Shown: positions 1 through 12,400 of the stretch, one piece after another
Layout of the letters: each line of letters starts with the position of its first letter
Numbering within the stretch: the first letter of the stretch is position 1
Assembly (NCBI GenBank): GCA_964247055.1
Contig: OZ176054.1
Coordinates: forward strand, 5,084,001-5,148,000
Reading direction: 5' to 3'
Source of the DNA: Paragordius varius
Taxonomy: Eukaryota; Animalia; Nematomorpha
DNA length: 64,000 nt
The notes under the pieces: model-generated
Seen by the model: only the letters and a program-made list of their open reading frames with translations
What the model was told of the DNA's origin: nothing
Databases searched by the model: none
Position numbers and translations under genes: made by a program

Positions 1-376
1 ACCATATAGGTCTATGGGCTACCGGTTTAAAACTGAGACGCCATACAAAAATGGCGTGGCTTTGGAGCTAATTTTCAAAAAACTTAAGAAGCGTTACGAG
101 TTCAATAAAGGCTTTAAAAATTACCCATGAAAAGGTAAATATTATAGTATAGCGCTTTTTTCCGTTAGCCCTCAATTTGGGGCCTTTACACCAGTAAAAA
201 TATATTAGTATGAATGTACCGTTTTGAAAATCTCATGAGATTATAGCTATTAAATAATGTTTCGAAATAATCCACATATATAGATCATTTTATTAACTAT
301 TTTTTAAAATAACCCCCCTAACCCTCAAGTCGGAAGGACTTCCTCGGGCTGCGTAGCAGCACGAGATTTAAGCTAG
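1..376 (+). mobile_element. 3' part of the same Helitron family (cut by the window edge)
   Basis: Hairpin GCTGCGTAGCAGC 348-360, CTAG 373-376 followed by T; 330-376 nearly identical to the reverse complement of 9609-9655; 20-110 matches the reverse complement of 60015-60100. Confidence 0.75.
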
Positions 377-1335
377 TAATATATATAATATGCAGTTTTG
401 TTGTAATGGCCAAGGAATAGTTTTTAATTTATTTAGAGCGCTGAAAAAAGGTATTTAGTTATCCTAAATATCTGTATTTTCAATTTTCCTACTGCTCCAA
501 AATAGGAGAACCTATTTCCAAAGTTTTTTTGAAATTAAAAAATGGACTTATTTTTTATAGGCATTGTTATATTATTTTTGGCTATATATTATTTCGTGAT
601 TGTGAAATTCGAACACACTTTAAACGGGATATGTAAGAAATTTCATTATTAATTTAGAATTTAAATACTTCATCGTATAAGTGATATATAACTATATTTT
701 TTATAGAGATAAGCTATTCTCTTTCCAAAGTAATAATATATTTAAAATCTTTATAAAATGGCTGAACCATCCTCTGCTAATGAATTCAGTTGAATATTTT
801 ATAAAAATTATCATACTCTTGTATTTATCAACATCTAAAGCAGGCTGTCTAACATAAATGGATTCGCGGGTAGCATTTTTGACTCAAAAATCCCCGCGGG
901 CCGCATTTAAAATATATAGAGGCATTTTTAAGCATAAATGCAAAATATTATAACAAATTTGTATAGTTCTTGTCGATTAGAAAGATTTATTAAATAAAAT
1001 TGTTTGAAAATATCTATTTTATTGAGGTTTTGTGGGATATTTTTGCAAATCATAGATTTCCAAATTTTTCGCTGATCGCACATGAAGTCTTGGGGGTCAC
1101 TTGTTGGTGATAAAGGTAAATAACACGATACTTTTAAGATGATCGTTCTAGATAGCCTTATATAATGTTAACTCTTTTACATGTAGATAAATAGGATAAG
1201 GGAACTATTATATAATTATTTTTTAGAGCGACAGTTTTACTGTCAAAATAATCGCTGGAATAGGTTATAATTGGAATTATATTTATTCTGATACCATATA
1301 TATTATCTAATTTTTACATGTGCAGTTTTTACAGA

Positions 1336-4300
1336 TTACAATATATTACAAAATTGACTTTTGATGCGTGTGAATGAGTTTGGATAACTAGTTGTGTGGG
1401 AAGTCAAAGTCGATTTACGATCCAAACATGCTGTCGAAACTGATTCGGAAGTTACCTTATTTGTCGTGTGAAGAGATTTAAAAATTGAAATGATTTTATG
1501 AGTCGGAGATATTGTTTTAGCCTTAACCTTGTTGGCGGCGTCATAAAAATTGACTTTGGAGTGTTGATCCACAGAAATTTTGGGAGGATCGGCCGAAAAA
1601 TCTAACGAATGCGGATAGGAAAATGTATTGGTTGTTTGGAAAGATTCACGGTTATCGAGCGCTGATACTAATTTGAGGGATGGATTATGTATCATGTTTG
1701 AATTTCCGGATGTAGTGGGCTTATTTTTTTTAATGTCATTGGAAATATCTGGGAAAACGATACTTTCCATACGAGTTGGATCTTCGTTATTCAAAATAAT
1801 TGTTTTATCAGAGGAATACGACATTGGTTTTATTGAAGGTGATGGTTGTGTTGTTTCAAACGAATAATTTTGGTTTTCACGCTGATTATTAAAGGTTTCC
1901 GTTGGTTCAGACAATTGCATCAAAGTTTTTCGCCTTGTTAATAATCTGTTATCATTATTAATATCATTGTCTCCGTTATTACTTTTTAGACTGGTGTCAG
2001 AATTTGTAAGATCTGAAATTTTTACTGGTACATATTTGGATGGAGTAACGCTTATGACACTTAGTAAATCTAGATTCCCTTCATTCAACAAACTCAAATT
2101 TTGTGAATTGTTTCCCACCATATCTATTAAAAAACCGGAACTTTCCGGTGTCGCTCCTTCCTGTACTTTCATTTTTCCATGTTCATTCGAAAGAATTTCA
2201 AGTTTACGCGTTTCAAATGTCGGCGAGTAATCCGGATTAGTTTTGTGAATTAGCCAATGAGTTATCATGGATCCTTTGCCCTAAAAATCATAAAATATAA
2301 CTAATATCAATTTATAATTCTTATTATAGATACTTTATCATGCTAAATATTACTGATTCAACTTTAGTTAGCCTAAACACTTTACCTTTTAAGGTAGTGT
2401 TTTTCTCCAAAGTAAGAAACGGCCAAATTAAAAATAAGCATTTTTTGCCAGGAGCTTAATCAATTTTTTTACCTTCAATATTATAAATGATTTAACCCGT
2501 TGTTTTTCTTATATAGATATAATTCCTATAAAAATATCTCTAGAAATTACATTCTAAAAGTCGCTAATATGGATATTTAATAATCATATTTATCAAAAAC
2601 AATAACTTTCATATTTTACAACTTTAAAGCTCTGGAATATATAAAAATCCAATAATTACTTATTTTCATATGTAAAATAAAAAGTAATGGCGTTTCAATG
2701 TGATATCCAATTTTGTATGTACAAACAAAAATAAAATATAGCGTTTAAAATCTCCTTTTTTTCTTTTTATAATAAAGGGTAGAAAACAAATATATCAGGC
2801 CTTATGAAAGCTTTAACACTCGCCCACCCAGGACTGAAAATGATGATAGAAATGTTCCAAAATTCGGGATTCGACCCTGGCCTGCCACACGCAAAATGCT
2901 TGAGTCTATTGTCATATATACTATACCACGCTTTCTAATTGAGAACAAAATTTCCTTAAATAAAATAGGATGAAAAACGTCATATTAACTAAACCAAAAG
3001 AAATACGTTTAACAGCTGATTTTATATCATTAAGTGATTTAAATGTTAAATTCATATGGAAAAAAATATTAAACGTTGAAATTTATGTTTAAATAATGTA
3101 TCTATTGTACATCGAAATAACCGAAAAAGATTCGGACAAAATCTATAAGAAAAAATATTATTTATTGGATAATTGTAGGGATGTCAATGCACAAAAATAT
3201 ATTAAGTATGTGAGTGGATATACCTTTATTTCCATAAGACCACGCCTTTCAATTTTATAGGGATAATCCTCTAATTCTCTTTTGGTACTATCACTAATAT
3301 GAATCTTAAGTGGCTATATAAAAATATATATTAAGTATATAATTTAAACAAACTAAATGCGCGATTAAAAATATCTTACATATAATTCAAAATTAATAAA
3401 TTATAATTTTACCAATCCTGATGATTGCATACGAGAAGCTGTGTTTACAGTATCTCCAAACAAACAATACCTTGGCATTTTAACTCCAACGACACCGGCT
3501 ACCACAGGGCCTGAATGCATTCCTAATTACATTTTGTTATAAATCTAAATTAACAATTATATTTTAAAATATTTGGTTTGTTTCCATTAAGTTAATGAGC
3601 CTACCATTATTGAGATATATCCAAATAGCTTTAAATGTATGCAATTAAATTAATTAATAATGAGAGTTATATACCAAGTCGTATTTGCAGTTCTGAACCC
3701 GTATATGGATCAATCAAATTTTTGGATTTTTCAATAATATCTAAGGCTGCATCGGCCAAAAATTGAGCATGATATTGTGCTGGGATAGGAGCACCAGAAA
3801 CCATCATATAAGCATCTGCAATAGTTTCGACCTACAGCAAAAATTATTTTATATGGACAAAACGTAAAATATAAAGACAAATAAAATTTTGTAAACGAAA
3901 GACAACCATACTTTTTTAACCTTCATTTTTTTACATATACCTCATTGGTTAAAATGAAAAGTATAATATAGAGATGTATATTAGTAATACAAATTATATA
4001 TTCTACATAGGTTATTCCGTTTCGTATGTATAGTTTAAATTTTTACTCTATATAACCCAATTGAACTGTGTAATTCTTTATAAAACCAAATCACGTTTCG
4101 TAATATATGATAGTGTAGGAACAATAAACTGTATTTTTAAAACAAAAGATATGATAAAGGGGTGATTAAAATACATTTTAATGTCTTAGATTGAATTTTA
4201 CCATTGATTTTTTGTATACTAATTTTATAGTTTTCGCACGTTTTGTCAACTAACCATTATCGAAATTTGTCAAAATTTTGCGATACATTCTGCTGGCAAC

Positions 4301-7300
4301 TTTAACAATCTTCGCGCTTTGATACTTTTTAAATTGGAATATTTTAAATATAAATAGTTAAAGAATTTAGGATTACCTTATAGACAGAGTTTTTTTCTTC
4401 GACGATTTTGTCAAAGGTTTGATACATATTGTTTAAAAGTGTCACCACATCCATAGGTGATATTTGCTTACATATTTGATTGAAATTTGCTATTTCGCTG
4501 AACAAGATCGTAACTGATTCAAAAATCTAAAAACAATCATCAAATTTGCTATTTCGCTGAACAAAATCGTAACTGATTCAAAAATCTTAAAACAATCATC
4601 AAATTTGTAATATGCTATAAAGAGAAAAAATTATGATAGGACTCAAGTTTATATTATATTACTCCCTTATCCCCGTTATTGAGGAAAAAAAGTTTTTTTT
4701 TGCTTTATAAAAATTTAAAAAAAATCGGAAAACTTCACACGTATCTACTGCAGGTTCGCCTTTTCTTAATCGATCAGCCACGGCACGTGGTATCATTTGA
4801 TACAGGAGTTGAACTGTTTTTTGCATTTCCTCATTCAATTGTTTCATATTACTCGATATTTTCTTGCTTTTCAGTTGTTCCTGCCGTAACGTACAAAAAC
4901 CACGATTTTAATTTTGATTACAACATATTTAATATGTATTGAAATTAAGTTTAAAAAAATATGATAACCATATCTACGGCAGCTTTAAGATCCGGATTTT
5001 GTTGAATCCCAGCCAGCAGCACGTCTCTTGAACAGTCGTGCATACTTAAATCATTGATGAAAATACCAAATTTTGTTAAATCATCTAATTCTGACATCCT
5101 ATCATCCCATGTCATAGTAGTTAAATTCAGCGTAGACATACAAATTAAAAATTGTATTAGATAAAACTTACACAGGTGACCCAATAAAGTTGAGGTATTT
5201 CGATTTTTCGATGTAATCCATTTGTCCCTTGAGGTGAATGGATTGGATATTTTGTTCTGTGGCTAAATACATTTTTTGTCCAATTTAATTAAATATATAT
5301 TTATCAAACAAAATGTCGAGCTTACCTATATTATCTACCATCTCTTCCATTTCTGTCATTTGTATTATGGAAGTAATTTCAAACATGTTATTTCTGTGGT
5401 TTATGATCTAGTAAAATATAATAAGTTTTAGGATAAATTTGGATGCTAACCAGTGATAAATTTGAATGGTTCGATAGGTTAGAAAATAAACAGAATTTGT
5501 AAAGAAAAAGCGTCAATTTTAATACAAGCGGCATTTTACCCAAATTTTTATAATTTAATTAATTAATTTAGGGGAAACTAAAGTTAAACTTGCCTTTCAA
5601 AAAATAAGAAACAGCATTGTTTATAAATTATTGTTTTTTTTTGATAACCCTATCCCTATTTTTCCCATCATAAATTTTCAGAAAGTGTGTTCGCCCTTTT
5701 ATTAGTCAATTGTTTAATTCAGACTTTTATTATCATAAAATACCATTTATGAGAGTATTAAATCGTTAATATTAAAAATAAATATTTTTCATTTATAATT
5801 AGTCATTAAGTTTTGCCTGGTCAAAAATGTGACTATTCGGACGGCTAATAATAAAACAAGATCTCATACATTCAATCAATACTAATAAATGTTATATATA
5901 ACCAATTAGCATTTTCGTATATATTCACAAATTAGATATTGAATACTTTGCAACTAGACTTAAATCAATCCAATCCCCATAGAATAATTTTTTGGTTTAT
6001 AATTTTTGGAGAAATGTTACTTTTATAAATGCCACTATAAAAATTGTTGTATACCTTAAGAATGGTCTAGAGCCAGGCTTTTTGGGTAGATGAGCCGTCC
6101 CAAATGCTTTTAGTTTTTAAATATCTTACGGCTCAAAAGTTAAGATGAGATAATTTCAAAACTTAAATAGGAATAAGAAATTGTGAATTATACAAAGTGT
6201 GTTATGACCACGTTTATATGGATAAATTGGGCGCCATATTGACTCATTTGGCCCCAAAACATTGTAATGCATGAAAAACGAATGAAAACTATTGGTATAT
6301 AAATATATGATCAACAACTTTTAAAAGTAATTCTTAAAAAATACTAACAACCTAACCTTGGACCATGTAAATTCTATCGGAGGTTTAAGAATGGTAAATA
6401 TTTCGTCTGCATTTTGACCTACGACATCTGGAATAATTGCCACTAAAGCTGAACCAGCGCTAATCACAGTTAATCCGGCATCAATTACAAGATGAAAGGG
6501 AAAAACATCAAAATAAACTGAGGTGTCAACGATCAATGCATGTTTTTCATGCCTTGAGGGGTTATCGAATGAAACTAAGTAATCGCTGGTGCTTTCAATT
6601 AAAGTGTTGGCAAGGCCATCATTTTCAATAGTATTATCTATTTCTTCAACGACGTTACTGGATGTCGTCGCATCATTTTTTATTTGTTTTGCCATGCTTG
6701 ATGATTGTGTTTTAACACTATGGGATTTATTTTGCAAATTTTTTTGTTCGCGTTTAGAATATAAATTACTCATAGTATCGCTGTTAATTGCTTTCAATGG
6801 AAGGGCTGCGGAATTAGTTAAGGAAAATGTATTATTATCAAAATACAGTCTATAAATAACTGTGTAGGAATCCTTTGAAGCAAATTCTTTGACAGTTGTC
6901 ATCCCGATATCTAATTTATAGAATATTTGTCCAACTTTCTGAATTTGGCCGCGAACATAATGCGAGTAACCCCTTCGTTTACTTTTGTATATAAGAGTTA
7001 GTCCTTCTCGCGTCTCTTCAGAAACGCCAAATGAAGGTGCTTTAAGTCTCGGATAACTAAATCTCAGGTATTCATGCAGGTTATCCAGTCCTACTAAGAA
7101 ATCACGCATTTTTCGACCCAGAACACACAATATCTTTTCGTATCCATAATGGCTTAAGAATGTCACGAAATATACACCGAATTCTTCCATCAATGTATCA
7201 CGGTTTTGACCGGTTATCTCTTCTGTGGCTTTTGCCAACCGAAGTATTAAAGTTTCCGAATAAATTTTATGGATGGAGAAACTTCTATGTTGCAAACCTG

Positions 7301-7385
7301 CTCTCACAATTATCCGATCCCAAACAGATTCTCCAAATTTTAGTTTTAGGTGCTCAGCGATGCTTTCCAATAACAGTCCATACAT
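1336..7385 (-). CDS. Gyc88E: Atypical (O2-sensing type) soluble guanylate cyclase, Gyc88E-like; 10 exons, about 976 aa
   Basis: Exons (minus): 7385-6357, 5407-5326, 5262-5172, 5098-4969, 4880-4734, 4526-4377, 3831-3675, 3522-3413, 3313-3224, 2280-1336; all GT-AG with consistent phases (2931 nt). H-NOX start [32 protein letters not shown] (YxSxR); H-NOBA/PAS HLKGQM and DLSMHD; coiled coil LLYQMIP; cyclase VETIADAY and [20 protein letters not shown]; long low-complexity tail ending CNIL. The symbol denotes the closest recognised family, not proven orthology. Confidence 0.93.
2866..2930 (-). pseudogene. Possible degenerate tRNA-derived SINE head in the last cyclase intron
   Basis: Minus strand GCGTGGTATAGT..TGCGTGTGGCAGGCCAGGGTCGAATCCC has A-box- and B-box-like words (loosely tRNA-His-like) but no complete cloverleaf. 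Confidence 0.25.
4483..4607. repeat. 59-bp tandem duplication spanning the guanylate cyclase intron 5/exon 6 junction
   Basis: Units start at 4483 and 4542 (2 substitutions), with a partial third AAATTTG at 4601. Confidence 0.92.
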
Positions 7386-9608
7386 ATTTACAGTAAGATG
7401 TGTAGTTTTATTATAATACCATACTATAATGATGGAGAGAACATTGATTAAAGAAAAGGAATAAAAGCATTGTGACAATACATTATCTTGTTCACACTAA
7501 CAATAACTGTCAAAATTAATTTACTTATTTTAAAAAATTTTTAAATATTACTAAATTATAATTTTGCATTGACCTTAATTCCTTTTACAATTGGATTTAT
7601 ATAATCTCATCTGCACCACAAATTCTATTTCAAAAAACCTATTTTCAAGTTTTAAATTAATATTTTCCATAAACTTAATTAATTTTAATATTCAAATATT
7701 TAATATATATTCATGAGGTATTAATAAATTTTGAAAAAGAAATAATTTACATTAGATAAAATTACCAACACATATTCATAGTAAGACCTACCTGTAATAC
7801 AAAAATTAGCTACTTGTTATTTTAAAACCTTTTCTTTAATAAGGGAAAGTGTGAAAACTTAGTTTTTGACCTTGAATTTGAAAGAATGTTTTGGTGTGCT
7901 CTATACAATAAAATTAAATGTGTAATTTATAGCATGACAAATAATATATTAAATATATTACTAAAAAGGTTGGATGGCTAATACCAAAAGTGGGTTTAAT
8001 TTCGACTTCATTTTCATTTTTATAGAGAATAATTTAATGTCAAAAATTAATATATAAATTTTTGCACAAAACCGCATAGCATATTTATATAAATTAATTA
8101 TTATTTGGGATAGACAGTTTATTTAGGACATATATTTTTTTAATCAAACCAATTAAAACATCGCGAGCCTTATTTTTAACTTATAAACGGCTAATTATCA
8201 AATATTTTATTAGGTTTCAAACACCTTTAAAATCCAAATATAATATAAAAAAAATTTAATTCGTTGCAAAGTGGATAACCTATTTTGAGAATTTGTTAAA
8301 AAATTATGAATTTTAATAAGAAATTTTCCGGGTCGCATATTGGACACCGCTGCTCTGGTTTAAGGTTAAAAATATTAAGAGTGTTAATTAATCATTTCAC
8401 ATAAATTGACTAAATCCAAATTTATAATAGTTATGTGAAATGTTTTTATGCCACAAACGGATAAAAAACTTTTTCAGCCAGAATCTTTCATATACCTATA
8501 ACGAAAATTATAGAAATTTCATTCCAGGGTATTTAAATTTAAGTAATAAAATATTATAATTAATGGATGCTTTTTATATGTTAAATTTTTAAAGCTTATG
8601 AAGTTCGATGAAAACAGCTGTCAGTTTTTCAGTTTGGACTTTTTTGTGCATAATGTCAAAAAGTCTCCAGGATAATATCTTGATAAAGGCAAAACACTTT
8701 AAAGCAAATTGTTAATATATTATAAAACACAAAAATGTGAAACAATTTAATAATTTATATTACAAATGGATAGACTTTTTAAATTAACCTAACAATGCCG
8801 AGATTACGCGATAACAACTTTAAATAAAGGCTGTATTGACATCAAAATATATTATTTTGAGAAAATACACTCTTAAAATTATATTATTGCAAAACGTATC
8901 TCATGATATTTTCAAGCATGGATACGATATATACTTTTTTTCTTTATAGAATTCTACAGAAGTTTCTATCATTTTACAATATTAATAAAAAGTTTCGTTT
9001 GTTAACTCAATTTAGCTATGAATATTATCATATAAGACGTTTCTTACATTTGCAATGGAATTTTATTAAAATCTAACTTCCAGCTGCATTTTTATATAGG
9101 AAAAGAGTCTATCATGAAAGTGTTTCTACATTGTTTATGCTTTGAAACAGGAGTGTCCAACACAAATAGATCGGGCCGCATTCGATATTAGCATTTATAA
9201 ATAATTTATTTTATTCAAACATAAGACTGTAAACACAATATAGCAATTTGTTTTATCCAGTTCATGGCAATTCGGTAAATTAATTTAAATATTGTATGAC
9301 AAATAATTTATTTTATTAAGAGTTTGTAGCATACCTTGCAAATTATGGACTTCCAATAGCCGCACACAAAGTATCGGATGGCTTCGTGCTGAACATACTT
9401 GCTTAAAAATATGATAAATAACAAATTTTAGAAAACCTAAAACCAAAAGCCCCAAAATAATCTTGATGTATACCAATTTTTAAGAGTATCCTCAAGCATT
9501 AAGAGTGTCCTTAAATACTCCAAATTGGTCTTTGAACATTTTAAGTTTGGATTTAACCATAATTTTTGCATTCTTTTATTTTTAATTTTTTAACTTATTT
9601 TTTTATTA

Positions 9609-10266
9609 CTAGCGTAAATCTCGTGCTGCTACGCAGCCCGAGGAAGTCCTTTGGACTTCTGGGGAGGGGGGGTTCGAATGGATTTGAATGGGTCTACCGG
9701 TTTTCCGGTAGCAGATCACAAAGTTACATGAGAAATCAGTTTTTAGCGGGTAGCTCCTTACCCAGCAGCTATAATCAAAGAAACGCCTGACTAAAATTTT
9801 TTCCTTTTAACGGGGAATACGTGGAATCCATATTAAATTTTTACGGTCTCATACCTAGGGCGAAAAATAGATTTAAAAAATTATTTTTGTGGACTGTTTT
9901 TTGAAAAAAATGGCATTTTACGGGGATAGCGGGTAAAAAGAGGGCCTAAATCAAAAATGTGACTCGACTATGTTCGGCGCAATCGAAAATAAGTAAACAA
10001 AAATCATATTTGAAATTGAATGTTCCAACACGTTCTCCGGAAAATTGTCTCAAAGACACGATTTTTGTGGACTTCAGTTTTCAAAAAAAACCGTTTTTCA
10101 CACGGGGTGGGCCCGAACTGGGGGTCTATATCAAAAAAAGGGCGAAGCTATTGTCGGGGCATTCATTACTGATTATATTTTTTCGAAGTTTGGATTTGAA
10201 TGGGTCTACCGTTTTTCCTGTACCAGATCACAAAGCCAGCATTTTCCATTTTTATAAATATATAGA
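9609..10266 (-). mobile_element. Complete non-autonomous Helitron-like element (658 bp)
   Basis: Minus strand begins A|TCTATATATTTATAAAAAT at 10266 and ends with hairpin GCTGC-GTA-GCAGC followed 12 nt later by CTAG|T (9612-9609); no TSD, A/T insertion site. Confidence 0.8.
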
Positions 10267-10626
10267 TTATATATTTCAATTAAAATCAATATTTTTCATT
10301 CATTTTTTTTATTGCGAAATAATTTTTATATTGAACAATAAATGTTTTAACGAAAAATTGTAATTAACTAAAAGCTTTTATATTTTTACCCGTCTAAATT
10401 TTGTTAATATATAAATATCTTTTATTTAATTTCCATTTTTAAAATAAGAGTCTATTCAAATCGCAACTACAAATTGATTTGTAGCGAACTGCTGCTGATG
10501 TCAACACAATTCTAAAATATTTATGATATCGTAAAAAAGAAATGCAGCATATTTTTCAAAAAAATTGTAAATGCTCCTTTCCTAAAGTTATATTTTTTGC
10601 AATAGCATTTAATTAACTTTGCAAGA

Positions 10627-11719
10627 TAGTTAAATCCCCCAGGTCTGTTTAAAATTGAATTCTTTTAAAAATATTAGAGGAATTGAAACCATGGCAAAAT
10701 TTTACATTATATAACATTAATAAACCTAAATATGTAAAAAATTTTATTAAAAAATACTTGATATTACTTATTTTAAGCTAAAACCGAAAAAAAATTTAAT
10801 AAAGCGACATGTGTACAATGGTAAAATTAAAAAATAATACAAAATAAAGCGCTTTTCTATTTCTACCAATGTTAGATGTATTTAAATAAAAAAATTATTT
10901 TACCCTTAACACTTTGATTTTAGTTTGGGGTATCTAAATGCCCCAGACTAAATTTGAGTTGGGATTTTTAAAAAAAACTACTGAAGGAAACGGTGCCAAT
11001 TTAAATTTATGCTTCTATCCTAATAAAAATAATGTAATTTTGCCAAAATATCTAAATAAAATTTTGTTTTGAAAAAAAAGTTCCATGTCAAACTACTTCG
11101 ACGCTATTTTTATTTAAATTTTTTTTTGCAAAATATCGTCTTATTTTAAGGGTAGATTAAAGCCTATATTTCATTTAAATTACATCTAACATTGATAGAA
11201 ATATAAAAAGCGGTTTATTTTGTAATTTTTTAACATTACACACTGTCTCGTTGACTAAACCTTTACCTTTCGGTTTCAGCTTAAAATAAATAATAACAAG
11301 TATTTCGAATAAAATTTTTTATATATTTCGGTTTATTAATGTTATATAAGTGCAAAATTGTGCCATGGTTTTGATTCCTTCCATATTTTTTAAAAATTTA
11401 ATTTTGAACAGGCCTGGGGTATTTAACTACCCCAATTTGAATCGAAGGATTAAAATGAATATGTTGTATCCAAGTGTTAAAATTAAATATAGACGATATT
11501 TTGCAAAAATTTTGTAAAATAAAAATAGCGTCGAAGTAATTTGAGTTGGAACTTTTTTTCAAAACAAAATTTAATTTAGATATTTTGGCGTATAAATATA
11601 TATATATATATATATATAATTTTTATTAGGATAGAAGCATAAATTTAAATTAGGCGTTTCCTTCAGTAGTTTTTTTAAAAATCCTAACTTATTTAGGTAC
11701 CTTAATTTGAATCAAAGTG
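10627..11719 (+). mobile_element. piggyBac-like MITE, left-truncated host copy split by the 10910-11476 insertion
   Basis: 10627-10909 plus 11481-11719 rejoin to the family sequence (..TACCC TTAA AATTAAAT..); right end GTG-TTAA at 11717-11723. Confidence 0.75.
10910..11476 (-). mobile_element. piggyBac-like TTAA MITE, full copy inserted into another copy of itself
   Basis: TTAA TSD 10906-09 and 11477-80; termini CACT..AGTG; subterminal inverted repeats (TTCGATTCAAATTGGGGTA type). Confidence 0.85.
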
Positions 11720-11723
11720 TTAA

Positions 11724-11906
11724 AATAAGTGATATCATTTTTGAATAAAATTTTTATATATTTCAGTTTATTAATTTTATATAAGTGCAAATTTTGCCAT
11801 GGTTTAGATTCTTTCCATATTTAAAGAATTAAATTTTAAACAGGCCTGGGGTGTCCAACTATTCTAAATTGAATCGAAGGACTGAAAAATGTGTTGTATC
11901 CAAGTG
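11724..11906 (-). mobile_element. piggyBac-like MITE, partial third copy
   Basis: Matches the family from its internal TTAA (TTAA AATAAG..) to the terminus GTATCCAAGTG-TTAA (11907-11910). Confidence 0.7.
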
Positions 11907-12400
11907 TTAATAGGCAATTTGAGTTTTGATGAAAGGATGGTAGCTATGAAAGCGTAACAGAGGCCATATTGACATGCAATTTGTTGCCAACTAGGCCCAC
12001 TACTGTTATTGAAGAACTAATTTGTTCAAAGGTTATTTAAATATTATCAAGTTTCGCGAGAGCAGAAAAATTTAAAAATATGAGAGTCTCTCTGTTATTA
12101 TAGTTTGAAACCGAAAATCCTGACTTTCTTATAAATTTAATTTTTAACAAAATGTTAATGACCAGTTTTATGATATTTTGGAGCTATGTGATATTTTATA
12201 AAATTATAATAGATGGTGTTGAATATATAAACCTCGGAATTTCATTTAAAAAAAATTTTGTATTCAAATAAGGCATAGTATATATTTTTCACATATTTAC
12301 TTTTTTGAACACAACAAGTGATATTATCTAGAGATGATATATATTTTGCCGAAGATGTTTAGGCTGAAATCCCTTTATACCGTTTTCATCATGCTTTTAA

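Noticed and set aside
6357-7385. Bacterial horizontal transfer of the intronless H-NOX exon
   Set aside because: The sequence closely follows animal Gyc88E-type proteins and is spliced to eukaryotic cyclase exons.
1628-7396. Plus-strand ORFs 1628-1867, 1967-2230, 4679-4942, 6589-6855, 7160-7396
   Set aside because: Antisense shadows of guanylate cyclase exons; no independent coding signal.
7386-7478. 31-aa hydrophobic N-terminal extension of ORF 6321-7478 (possible signal or anchor)
   Set aside because: MYGLL at 7385 is the canonical H-NOX start; the extension is AT-rich read-through typical of non-coding DNA.
9566-10363. ORFs 9566-9790, 9959-10363, 10045-10257 (and 60486-60725)
   Set aside because: Chance frames inside the non-coding Helitron-like repeat; not conserved between copies.
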